Shown: positions 47,991 through 59,580 of the stretch, in pieces
Position numbering within the stretch: position 1 is the stretch's first letter
How the letters are laid out: each line of letters starts with the position of its first letter
Source of the DNA: Macrostomum lignano
Taxonomy: Eukaryota
DNA length: 64,000 bases
Assembly: GCA_002269645.1 (NCBI GenBank)
Contig: NIVC01001255.1
Span: forward strand, 124,001 to 188,000
Direction: 5' to 3'
Notes under the pieces: model-generated
Databases searched by the model: none
Told to the model about the DNA's origin: nothing
Seen by the model: the letters and a program-made list of their open reading frames with translations, nothing else
Program-made: the position numbers and the translations under genes

Positions 47991-50900
47991 ATGGTGTACA
48001 ACGAACTGACGCGTCACTTCGGCTCGCTCAGCCTTGAAACAGCGTACCACCACCAGCAACAGCAGCAGCAGCAGCACCACCAACAGCAGCAACTGCAACA
48101 ACTGCAGCAACTTCATCTCGGCTCCATCGGCAGCATCATGGACCCCGGCCAGGGCTACAGCCTGCACCAGCCGGCGCCCAGCGGACCCGAGAGTCCCAGC
48201 ACGGCCTCGTCCGAGATCAAATCGCAGAACAATCAGAACGCCATCGTTGTACCGCCCGAGGAAGCAATTTTGAAGCTGTGCGAACGCACCAAATATCAGA
48301 TTGTGCAGGAGAACGGCCAACGAAGGTACGGGCCGCCGCCGGACTGGGAGGACACGCCGCCCAACCGCGGCTGCGAGGTGTTCATCGGTAAGATACCCCG
48401 CGACTGCTTCGAAGACGAACTGGTGCCAGTGTTTGAGAAGGCCGGGCGCATCTACATGTTCCGCCTGATGATGGACTTCTCCGGATCCAATCGGGGCTAC
48501 GGGTTCTGCATCTACACGAATCGGGAGGACACGAAGCGAGCCGTTCAGAAGCTCGACAACTATGAGATCCGTCGAGGCAAGACGCTAGGCGTCTGTCTCA
48601 GCGTTGACAACTGCAGGCTGTTTGTCGGCGGCATACCGAAGACCAAGACCAAGCACGAGATCCTTGTCGAAATGAAAAAAGTCACCGACGGTGTGCGCGA
48701 CGTCATCGTGTATCCATCGGCGGCTGACAAGGGCAAAAATCGCGGCTTTGCATTCGTCGAGTACGAGCACCACAAGGCGGCCGCCATGGCCCGCCGAAAG
48801 CTGATTCCGGGTCGCATCCAGCTGTGGGGCCACCAGATCGCCGTGGACTGGGCCGAGCCGGAGCGCGAAGTCGACGAGGACATCATGTCCAAGGTGAACG
48901 GTTTGAGAATCTGCCTCTCCGCTCTCCCTCAGTGCTTGAGAATCTGCCTCTCCGCTCTCCCTCAGTGCTTGAGAATCTGCCTCTCCGCTCTCCCTCAGTG
49001 CTTGAGAATCTGCCTCTCCGCTCTCCCTCAGTGCTTGAGAATCTGCCTCTCCGCTCTCCCTCAGTGCTTGAGAATCTGCCTCTCCGCTCTCCCTCAGTGC
49101 TTGAGAATCTGCCTCTCCGCTCTCCCTCAGTGCTTGAGAATCTGCCTCTCCGCTCTCCCTCAGTGCTTGAGAATCTGCCTCTCCGCTCTCCCTCAGTGCT
49201 TGAGAATCTGCCTCTCCGCTCTCCCTCAGGGCTTGAGAATCTGCCTCTCCGCTCTCCCTCAGTGCTTGAGAATCTGCCTCTCCGCTCTCCCTCAGTGCTT
49301 GAGAATCTGCCTCTCCGCTCTCCCTCAGTGCTTGAGAATCTGCCTCTCCGCTCTCCCTCAGTGCTTGAGAATCTGCCTCTCCGCTCTCCCTCAGTGCTTG
49401 AGAATCTGCCTCTCCGCTCTCCCTCAGTGCTTGAGAATCTGCCTCTCCGCTCTCCCTCAGTGCTTGAGAATCTGCCTCTCCGCTCTCCCTCAGTGCTTGA
49501 GAATCTGCCTCTCCGCTCTCCCTCAGTGCTTGAGAATCTGCCTCTCCGCTCTCCCTCAGTGCTTGAGAATCTGCCTCTCCGCTCTCCCTCAGTGCTTGAG
49601 AATCTGCCTCTCCGCTCTCTCTCAGTGCTTGAGAATCTGCCTCTCCGCTCTCTCTCAGTGCTTGAGAATCTGCCTCTCCGCTCTCCCTCAGTGCTTGAGA
49701 ATCTGCCTCTCCGCTCTCCCTCAGTGCTTGAGAATCTGCCTCTCCGCTCTCTCTCAGTGCTTGAGAATCTGCCTCTCCGCTCTCCCTCAGTGCTTGAGAA
49801 TCTGCCTCTCCGCTCTCCCTCAGTGCTTGAGAATCTGCCTCTCCGCTCTCCCTCAGTGCTTGAGAATCTGCCTCTCCGCTCTTCATGACTTCTTGAGAAT
49901 CTGCCTCTCCGCTCTCCCTCAGTGCTTGAGAATCTGCCTCTCCGCTCTCCCTCAGTGGTTGAGAATCTGCCTCTCCGCTCTTCATGACTTCTTGAGAATC
50001 TGCCTCTCCGCTCTCCCTCAGTGCTTGAGAATCTGCCTCTCCTCTCTTCATGACTTCTTGAGAATCTGCCTCTCCGCTCTCCCTCAGTGCTTGAGAATCT
50101 GCCTCTCCTCTCTTCATGACTTCTTGAGAATCTGCCTCTCCTCTCTCCCTCAGTGCTTGAGAATCTGCCTCTCCGCTCTCCCTCAGTGCTTGAGAATCTG
50201 CCTCTCCGCTCTCCCTCAGTGCACAAAGTCACCTAAACATATTTTCAGTAAATCTTATTATATTCGGTTTAGATTTTATCGGCCTCAGCAACTGATTAAC
50301 CCATTCTTTGAAGCGACCGTCTATGGCAGAAATATTCACCGTTGTACATTCGCGCTAGTGTACTTCGGTTACATTTCATACACCATATGCACTTTTAAAT
50401 TTATGCTTTCATTCGTAAATCCTTATGACATCAATAAAGAATATTCTAAAATTCCTCCATACACCCCCGACTCAAGGTAAAAATCCTGTACGTCCGCAAT
50501 CTCATGCTGAACACAACGGAGGAGCACCTGAGGGAGCTCTTTTCCTCCGCCATCGGCATCAGCCCCGAGTCTGTTGAACGGGTCAAAAAAATCCGCGACT
50601 ACGCCTTCGTGCACTTCAAAGACCGCGCCGACGCCATCGCCGCCATGGAGAAGCTGGACGGTGAGCAACTCTGCGTTTGAGATGAAGCTGAGCACGAGTC
50701 CGGCTTAACCCCAACCTCTCATGCCAGGGGAGCCGTAGCCCAGTGGTTTGGCGCGGCTCTCTGATGTGCCAGCGGCCCAGGCTCGATTCCAAGTGCAGTC
50801 ACATTACATTGCAGTCACAGGACTGAATTGGAATCTCGGCTTGGCTCTGCTCGTGCAATTAACGCCCTTGAAGTGTACATGCCTAACGATAAGTAAAGTC

Positions 50901-53900
50901 AGGGCTGCTGTACACTCCTGTGAGTGTGTGCCTGTGCGTGTCACTGCGTACGTGCTCAGGGGAGTCGGCGGAATGGGCAGCAATGCCTCTCGCCGGTTGT
51001 GTGCCAATGCACGCAGTCCCCTGTCTGTGATAAGAAAGTCCTTATGCCTCACCTCTTCATTGTCTTATCTATCATGCCTCAAACCAAATCTATCTAATGG
51101 TATTTTTAACTTAACTGTCCGAATCCCCACAGACACGGAGATCGACGGCTCCCGGGTGGAGGTGACCCTGGCCAAGCCGGTGGACAAGGCCGAATCTGCT
51201 CGAGCAAAAACTGCCGCAGCCGCGGCCGCAGCCGCAGCCGCCGCCGGTCAGCAGTCGAAGCTGCAGCCATTGGCTCAGCTGATTACGCCGCAGCAGGCTG
51301 CTGGAGTCGGGCTGTACCATCAGCACCAGCTGCAGGCTCATCCAGCCGCTCTGCATCAACTCGAACCGCTGGCTCTGAGCGCCTACTGTCAGGGCAACGG
51401 CCTGCTAGCGCAAGAACAGACAGGACAGCAGCAGCAGCAGCAGCAGCAACAACAACAGCCAACGCATACGCAAAGGTAAAAGTTAGGTCTTTAAGTTTAT
51501 AAACTCTCTCGGTGAGAGACTGGTCTGTGTGCCAGTGGATCTCTGTGTGTGTGCCAGTGGATCTGTGTGTGTATGTGCCAGTGGATGTGTGTGTGCCAGT
51601 GGATCTCTGTGTGTGCCAGTGGATCTCTGTGTGTGCCAGTGGATCTCTGTGTGTGTGCCATAGGATCTCTGTGTGTGTGTGCCAGTGGATCTCTGTGTGT
51701 GTGCCAGTGGATCTGTGTGTGTGCCAGTGGATGTGTGTGTGTGCCAGTGGATCTGTGTGTGTGCCAGTGGATCTGTGTGTGCTCCAGTGGATCTGTGTGT
51801 GCCAGTGGATCTGTGTGTGTGTGCCAGTGGATCTGTGTGTGTGTGCCAGTGGATCTGTGTGTGTGCCAGTGGATCTGTGTGTGTGTGCCAGTGGATCTGT
51901 GTGTGTGCCAGTGGATCTGTGTGTGCTCCAGTGGATCTGTGTGTGCCAGTGGATCTCTGTGTGTGCCAGTGGATCTCTGTGTGTGCCAGTGGATCTGTGT
52001 GTGTGTGCCAGTGGATCTGTGTGTGTGTGCCAGTGGATCTGTGTGTGCTCCAGTGGATCTGTGTGTGCCAGTGGATCTGTGTGTGTGTGCCAGTGGATCT
52101 GTGTGTGTGTGCCAGTGGATCTGTGTGTGTGTGCCAGTGGATCTGTGTGTGTGCCAGTGGATCTGTGTGTGTGTGCCAGTGGATCTGTGTGTGTGCCAGT
52201 GGATCTGTGTGTGCTCCAGTGGATCTGTGTGTGCCAGTGGATCTCTGTGTGTGCCAGTGGATCTCTGTGTGTGCCAGTGGATCTCTGTGTTTGCCAGTGG
52301 ATCTGTGTGTGCTCCAGTGGATCTGTGTGTGCCAGTGGATCTCTGTGTGTGCCAGTGGATCTCTGTGTTTGCCAGTGGATCTGTGTGTGCTCCAGTGGAT
52401 CTGTGTGTGCCAGTGGATCTCTGTGTGTGCCAGTGGATCTCTGTGTGCCAGTGGATCTCTGTGTTTGCCAGTGGATCTGTGTGTGTGCCTTTTCAGCTGG
52501 CTATAAGGATGTTACTTCAGTCGCGAAGTGCACGCTGTTAAGAAGACCCATCCATCTATAATTTCTACAAAAATGTATAATTGAATACTTGAAACAAAAG
52601 GCGGCTAGCAAATTCCTGATGCAATCAGTCTAGTAGAATGCGGTGTCTTAACACTGCACAAACCAGCTGGGTACCAACTACCTGCAACAATTGATTGTCA
52701 TCGCCCTGTCCAATGTTTAGCAAAATCTAGAAGGCAATTCAGCTTGGCAGTTTAAACTAAATCAGTCACAGAAACGTGGCTTTAGAGAAGTTGTTTATAA
52801 CTAAGCGTTGGTGTAACACCACGCCAGCGCCCCCGCTGCGCTCAATCTGCACCTCTGTTACACCAAGCCCAGTGGCTCCGAAATCTACATGTAATATTAT
52901 TTTAGCCCGTACGCTACTGGTCACATAGCAGAACAAGAATGACTACATTCTGCAGTTGAAGCTTAGATAGATATTTTTGCAAGGGGGGGGGGTAGCTTGT
53001 ACACGGAGGCAAGCGCTTAAGAACTTAGTCAAGATTGTGTATAGTTTAGCCCGGATAAGATGCCAGAATCTAAAAATTCACCTTGTTCTCTTTTTGTTTA
53101 AAACAGCTTTTTCTCCCCAATTCCCCGCAGTGTGTCAGCAGGTCAAACCTTCTCCACCCCAATTTCCTGCAGTGTGTCAGCAGGTCAAACCTTCTCCACC
53201 CCAATTTCCTGCAGTGTGTCAGCAGGTCAAACCTTCTCCACCCCAATTTCCTGCAGTGTGTCAGCAGGTCAAACCTTCTCCACCCCAATTTCCTGCAGTG
53301 TGTCAGCAGGTCAAACCTTCTCCACCCCAAATCCCCGCAGTGTGTCAGCAGGTCAAACCTTCTCTACCCCAATTCCCCGCAGTGTGTCAGCAGGTCAAAC
53401 CTTCTCCACCCCAATTCCCCGCAGTGTGTCAGCAGGTCAAACCTTCTCCACCCCAATTCCCCGCAGTGTGTCAGCAGGTCAAACCTTCTCCACCCCAATT
53501 CCCCGCAGTGTGTCAGTGGGTCAAACCTTCTCCACCCCAATTCCCCGCAGTGTGTCAGCAGGTCAAACCTTCTCCACCCCAATTCCCTGCAGTGTGTCAG
53601 TGGTTCAAACCTTCTCCACCCCAATTCCCTGCAGTGTGTCAGCAGGTCAAACCTTCTCCACCCCAATTCTTCGCAGGCAGTTCCGCAACGCCGCCGGCAG
53701 TCGATCTGCGAGCGCCAGGAGCGGCGCCAGCAACAACTCGGGTGGTTACCATAGAGACAAGCGGACAAATCTGGAGGTGAGGCTTGCAAAAGTTCCCTGT
53801 CGTCTGTCAACTGTCATTCAAGAGATGGTTTGATATTTTTTCACGTTTTCGATTTGATTTGACAAAGAAGCTGACCTCTCCCCTGGGTCTTTTAGCTGAC

Positions 53901-55133
53901 CTCCGCTGTCCCCGAGTGTACTCTACAAAGATTTCACTCCATCACTGCAAGATAAAAGTTTAAGAAAAGGTTAATAACATAAAAATCAAATCACTTGTAT
54001 AACCCGACAGACACGCTGGATAATGCACTTCCCGGACCCCAGGCTGAAGGTTTGGCAGATCCGCGCTACTGCTAGATTATGGAGCTAATTAATGCATAAC
54101 TTAGCCGCTAGCTTTTTCTTGTAAACTGCTTTAGACACTATTGAAAGTAGTTGCTGACGTGCAAATCCAACCGATGTTTTTAAAATCCTGCCGATTTAAG
54201 AGATATGATTCTTCAAGTCTTAGTTGAACTTTTCATGCATTTAAAAAAATGTAACTCGGCAAATTTTATTTCTGCATTCAGATTCTGGACGAGATCAGCA
54301 CTCAGAACGGATTGGGGAGTCCGTCCTATCAAGTTCAGTGCCACGAACTGCTAGAGACCAATACGGGGGTTAAGAGCAACTGGTTTCTGGGAAAGGTGAG
54401 TTGGATAAGAGAGTTGACTTATTGCAGACAGGAAGGCTGTGTGCGCCCTGCCGCACTTTAAGCGACATTGTTGCACGACCGGCGAGAGGCATTGCTGCCC
54501 ATTCCACCGGCTCCCCTGAGCAGGCATACAAGCGCGCGGATACGTACGCAGTCATACGCACAGGCGCACACTCACACAGGAGTGTACAGCGGCCTCTAAC
54601 TGTATTTATCGTTAGGCATGTACACTTTACTGTGCCTTGGGGCAGTGACCCAAGCCGATATTCCAATTTAGCCCCAAATTAATGTGACTACACTTGGAAT
54701 CGAGCCTGGACCGCTGGTACATGCGTCGTAGGAGAGCCACGTTAAACCACTGGATAGACATGGATAGGGATCAGATCCTACAATTCCCAGAAACACCCCC
54801 TCCCCCCACTCCCCAGGTGACAATCGGTGGCAGGCAGCAGTTCACGGCGCACAGGTTCGCCCAGACAACCGAAGAGGCGCGGCTCGCAGCGGCTGAGGCG
54901 GCCCTGATCGGCCTGACGCAGGTGCAGCAGCAGCAGCCGCATCAGCAGCCGCAGCAGCAGCCGGCAGGCGTATTCGCTTCGTCGGGCAGTGAGCAGGCCC
55001 TATTCCTAGGTGAGTTCAATCGAGTCCAACAGTTGCAAACATTTCAAACAGCCGCTGTGCCGATGCTTGCCGCCGGCGCGCCGATCGTCTCCATGGCAAC
55101 GGCCGGCTGTCAGCAGCTTCAGCAGGCGCCTCT

Positions 55134-55165
<32 letters not shown>

Positions 55166-56131
55166 CGCCAATGGCGATGCTTCAGCCACCGATATCGACA
55201 TCGCTGCAGCTTGCGCCCGGTTGCTACCCGGGCCTAGCAACCACTTACGGAGGCCCGATTGCTCAGATGGCGCAGATTCCGCATCAGCTCGGCCTGCAGC
55301 AGCAGCCGATGCAGTTTTACCAGTTGCAGCAGCAACAGCAGCAGCAGCTGCTAGCAACTAGTGATGCGGATTCCAGTGAGTGAGGAGCAGGCGGTTTTGG
55401 TCGAGTTGGTTTTGTTGGCGCGCGTCTTCCATCGTTCATTGTCAAGTTCATCGAGTTTAGCGCTTAAACTTCTGCTTTTTACCTGTTTGTTTTATTCTGT
55501 TTTTGCCAGTTTAACTTTTGTTATTAGCAGCAGTAGACGGGGTAGAGATGGATAGATAGGCAGATAGGATAGAGATGGATAGATAGGCAGGATAGAGATG
55601 GATAGAGAGGCAGGATAGAGATGGATAGATAGGCAGGATAGAGATGGATAGAGAGGCAGACAGGATAGAGATGGATAGATAGGCAGGATAGAGATGGATA
55701 GAGAGGCAGGATAGAGATGGATAGATAGGCAGGATAGAGATGGATAGATAGGCAGGATAGAGATGGATAGATAGGCAGGATAGAGATGGATAGATAGGCA
55801 GGATAGAGATGGATAGAGAGGCAGACAGGATGTTTTCAAAGAAACTCGCAACCCCTCCATTGCAGCCGGTTCGGGCGTGACGGCCATGCAGCTTCCCGCC
55901 ATCTCGGAGGCGGCCGGATTTCCCGGCGCGTTTCTTTACGCGCCCGGCGCCGCTGCGGGCGCCGCTCCTGGCAGCGCCGCCGACTCTGGCGCCGCGTATT
56001 TCGCCGCGGCCGCAGCCGCCGCAGCCGCCGCCGCAGCCGCCATGCCGCCGCCGCAGCCGCCGCCGCCTCCTCCGCCAGGTGCTCAGTACGTTTCCGCCTC
56101 CTGCGGTGATGGCGGAGCCAACGGCAACATT

Positions 56132-56175
<44 letters not shown>

Positions 56176-56218
56176 ACCAGGCGGTGGCGCGGAGATGTAC
56201 ACCGGTTACTCCAACTGA
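47991..56218 (+). CDS. RBM47/RBM46/A1CF-family RNA-binding protein (3 RRMs, Q/A/P-rich tail), 6 exons, ~813 aa
   Basis: Exons 47991-48893, 50477-50660, 51133-51475, 53677-53776, 54817-55375, 55866-56218, phase-compatible, total 2442 nt. Motifs: [99 protein letters not shown]. The exon 4 acceptor is ambiguous (see findings). Confidence 0.92.
48903..50222. repeat. 33-bp minisatellite, 40 copies
   Basis: Unit TTGAGAATCTGCCTCTCCGCTCTCCCTCAGTGC; starts 9 nt into intron 1 of the RRM gene. Confidence 0.97.
50727..51075 (+). mobile_element. tRNA-derived SINE (RRM gene intron 2)
   Basis: A-box TAGCCCAGTGG (50735) and B-box GGCTCGATTCC (50780), followed by a non-tRNA body shared with 54370-54765. Confidence 0.75.
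51512..52490. repeat. GT-rich minisatellite (GCCAGTGGATCT + (GT)n)
   Basis: Variable-length units of ~20-26 bp, just after the exon 3 donor. Confidence 0.95.
53131..53676. repeat. 42-bp tandem repeat, 13 copies, ending at a splice acceptor
   Basis: Unit TGTGTCAGCAGGTCAAACCTTCTCCACCCCAATT(CCCC/TCCT)GCAG; 546 nt = 13 x 42. Confidence 0.97.
54370..54765 (-). mobile_element. tRNA-derived SINE (RRM gene intron 4), inverted relative to the intron-2 copy
   Basis: Its reverse complement shares CCAGGCTCGATTCCAAGTG, AAGTGTACATGCCTAACGATAA and GGAATGGGCAGCAATGCCTCTCGCCGGT with 50727-51075. Confidence 0.75.
55545..55830. repeat. 23-bp purine-rich minisatellite
   Basis: Unit AGGATAGAGATGGATAGATAGGC in intron 5. 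Confidence 0.93.
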
Positions 56219-56433
56219 CTCAATGATGTAAGGAATCGCTGACCTCACTCGACGAGTGCCTTGCCCTTTACCTTCTTCTATATTCCTCGTAAGTATGAAC
56301 GAATTGGCTCTTAGATAGGTGCATGTGGATCCTAGTGGTGATGCCGCTTCTCCATCATATACTTATTGCATCCCACAGATGCTAAAATAACTTGATCGGC
56401 CACTCAGGCAGATATACTTAGTAAAACAGCTTT

Positions 56434-56822
56434 CTACTTTCAGTTCAGTAGCAAAGAAGAATACATAAGCTATTTTATAAAAATAAAACCAGCTGAAATG
56501 ACTTTGATCAGTTTAGAAGCCCAAGCTTGCAGGCGTAAACAACTTGCTAATTGGTCCAGCAATAATGTACATTGGCCAGTCCACTGAAATGTACATGGCA
56601 GCTTTTAGGCTGGAAGTCCGAGAAAGGCAATAAAAATTGGCTGGCGGGGGTGGGGTAGTGTGGAAAGGCGCGGTTGGAGGGTTTAGGCTGGGGGCGGGGG
56701 GGGGTAAGAGCCAATATGCATTGGCTTTGATAAAAATACACTACAATGCTTCTGGTTAACTCACTACTGAACTGAAAGTAGCTTACACGCATATGCGCTA
56801 AGTGGCCCATCTAGTTATTCTA
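56434..56822 (-). mobile_element. Dispersed repeat / MITE-like element, copy 2
   Basis: 18-bp inverted repeats CTACTTTCAGTTCAGTAG (56434-56451) and CTACTGAACTGAAAGTAG (56764-56781); body matches 27863-28184. Confidence 0.7.
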
Positions 56823-57679
56823 GCAGCTGTGCTCAACCCTAACCTCCTTTTAGTCATAAATCTTTCCCAATTACCCATATTCTCAGCCTTGAACGTTATC
56901 TGCCTGTCCGAGCTTGTCAAGTTTCTATGCGTACTGTTATAATATAATTGTAATAATTGTATTACTTAGCCCTCTACTCTCTCTCTCTCGCTGCCAACCC
57001 TATTTGAATTAGGGTCTAAAACACTAAATAGAAAATTCATAGTTATATAGATAAGAGAGAGCATTTTCCAGTTTCTTATTAAGTAGCAACTAATTCGCGC
57101 AATTTAGACTCGGCTTAGAAGTGAATGTTTATGAGAATTTTCTTCCTTCAACTTGGCTGTCTCATTTCATTTATTATAATTTGTATAATTGTCTATCTTT
57201 CTATTTTGTAATGACAGACTGACAAACAAACAGCAGCACCTATTTATTATTAGCTGCTGCAGTGTGCAATCAATCCCTCCATATCCCCAGTTAAAACTGC
57301 TACTTAATGCTACTAATAGTAATATAAGATTTGTCAATTTTCTTGTTTTTTATACTAAAAATGCAAGGTTTCATTTGCTCAGATAATCAACAGCAAGATA
57401 CTAAATATTAATACTATATAATTGCTGCCGCTGCTATATAAGGTCACTTTGTGAATGAATGCCCCTAACCCCCTACAGAGAATAAATTACATAATGACGA
57501 AATGCCAAAAGCCTATCTATTCGAAATGTCTACTTTGCACACATTCACATATTTTCGGAGAATTCCAACTTTTATTTGAATTTCTTGCTATTATATTGAC
57601 TTACTAACATGGTTAGGGCGGTTTTAAAAGACAGATGCTGAGAGAATAGATGGTGCGATGAAAGCTGGTGGGAAAGGAG

Positions 57680-58145
57680 ATGAGATGTGGGGAGAAGAGA
57701 TGAGGAGAGAAGAGAAGATGAGAGGTGAAGGAGAGGGAAGATAGGGGTAGAGGGAGGGGAGGGGAGATGAGAGATGGGGACAGGGGAGATGAGAGGTGGG
57801 GAGGGGAGATGAGAGGTGGGGAGGGGAGATGAGAGATGGGGAGAGGGATGATGAGAGGTAGGGAGAGGGAAAATGAGAGATGGGGAGAGGGGAGATGAGA
57901 GATGGGGAGAGTTAAGATGAGAGATGAGAAGAGGTGGGATATGAGGTGAGGGGAGATGAGAGATGGGGAGAAAGGAGATGAGAGGTGGGGAGAGTGGAAA
58001 TGAGATATGGGGAGAGGTAAGATGAGGGGTCGGGAGAGGAGAGATGAGAGATGGGGAGAGGGGAGATGAAAGGTGGGGAGAGCGGAGATGAGATATGAAG
58101 AGAGATAAGATGAGGTAGGGGAGAGGGGAGATGAGAGATGTGAAG
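57680..58145. repeat. GA-rich degenerate repeat
   Basis: GGGGAGAGGGGAGATGAGA variants. Confidence 0.9.
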
Positions 58146-58429
58146 AGGAAATGTATACAGTACTGGAAAATTACTTAAGGCAAACACAAGCTGACTAGCT
58201 GGAGCAGGCATTCATCACTTTTCAACTCTTGCTATACGTCGATCTTGACGAAATCGATTTGTCGTACGACCAATTATTTATGGATATGGAGCCAGCTCAA
58301 GATGCTTGATAATAATACTGACGGCTGAAGATTTACAACGACACCTGGACGACATATAAAGGCATCTCGTTCCCAGGCTCGACTTATGGCTGAGACTCCT
58401 CAGTGATGGCACTATCCCTAGTTTTGTCT

Positions 58430-58575
58430 CTGGTTGTCTCCAGCTCTTAACAGATTGACGTTCGCGTTGAACCCTTTTGGATCGACAGGTCCAGAATACC
58501 GTACCACCTGCTGAGAAAAACAAACGTTCTGTCCACAAGGCGGAGATTGTCGGTGAGAGGGTTGTGGTGTTGTTT
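58430..58575 (-). mobile_element. Possible degenerate hAT transposase C-terminal fragment
   Basis: Minus strand reads LSPTISALWTERLFFSAGGTVFWTCRSKR, resembling the hAT dimerisation motif (P-x-T-S-A-x-S-E-R-x-F-S-x-x-G..R-S); no intact ORF. Confidence 0.35.
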
Positions 58576-58789
58576 AAGTGATTGTATTAAAAAATTCGAT
58601 GAACCTTGGTTGAAGCGAATTGATCAAACTGTTACTTGCTATTATCTTGATTATTTGCTATTTTGTACGAGCTATTAAATATATGTTTGCCTTTCTGAAG
58701 ACACTTTTGCTTTACGTTTCTTACGGACCATTGTGCCTAGTTTCGTTTGGGCCACAAACGATTGCGTAGACGATTGCATCAGATGTGCC

Positions 58790-59580
58790 AACAAGCCCAT
58801 TATCTATATAATGGTCCTGACAGCAAGCCCATTATCTATATAATGGTCCTGACAGCAAGCCCATTATCTATATAATGGTCCTGACAGCAAGCCCATTTTC
58901 TAGATAATGGTCCTGACAGCAAGCCCATTTTCTAGATAATGGTCCTGACAGCAAGCCCATTATCTATATAATGGTCCTGACAGCAAGCCCATTATCTATA
59001 TAATGGTCCTGACAGCAAGCCCATTATCTATATAATGGTCCTGACAGCAAGCCCATTATCTATATAATGGTCCTGACAGCAAGCCCATTATCTATATAAT
59101 GGTCCTGACAGCAAGCCCATTATCTATATAATGGTCCTGACAGCAAGCCCATTATCTATATAATGGTCCTGACAGCAAGCCCATTATCTATATAATGGTC
59201 CTGACAGCAAGCCCATTATCTATATAATGGTCCTGACAGCAAGCCCATTATCTATATAATGGTCCTGACAGCAAGCCCATTATCTATATAATGGTCCTGA
59301 CAGCAAGCCCATTATCTATATAATGGTCCTGACAGCAAGCCCATTATCTATATAATGGTCCTGACAGCAAGCCCATTATCTATATAATGGTCCTGACAGC
59401 AAGCCCATTATCTATATAATGGTCCTGACAGCAAGCCCATTATCTATATAATGGTCCTGACAGCAAGCCCATTATCTATATAATGGTCCTGACAGCAAGC
59501 CCATTATCTATATAATGGTCCTGACAGCAAGCCCATTATCTATATAATGGTCCTGACAGCAAGCCCATTATCTATATAAA
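58790..59580. repeat. 32-bp highly homogeneous minisatellite with internal palindrome, ~24 copies
   Basis: Unit AAGCCCATTATCTATATAATGGTCCTGACAGC; CCATTAT..ATAATGG is self-complementary; no spacers. Confidence 0.97.

Noticed and set aside
48585-50232. 510-aa and 449-aa minus-strand ORFs and a 354-aa plus-strand ORF
   Set aside because: Alternative-frame read-outs of the 33-bp array.
50727-50800. tRNA gene
   Set aside because: A and B boxes are present, but I could not fold a full cloverleaf, and it continues into a shared SINE body.
58790-59580. CRISPR-like array (32-bp palindromic repeats)
   Set aside because: The units are contiguous with no unique spacers, there are no cas genes, and the context is eukaryotic.
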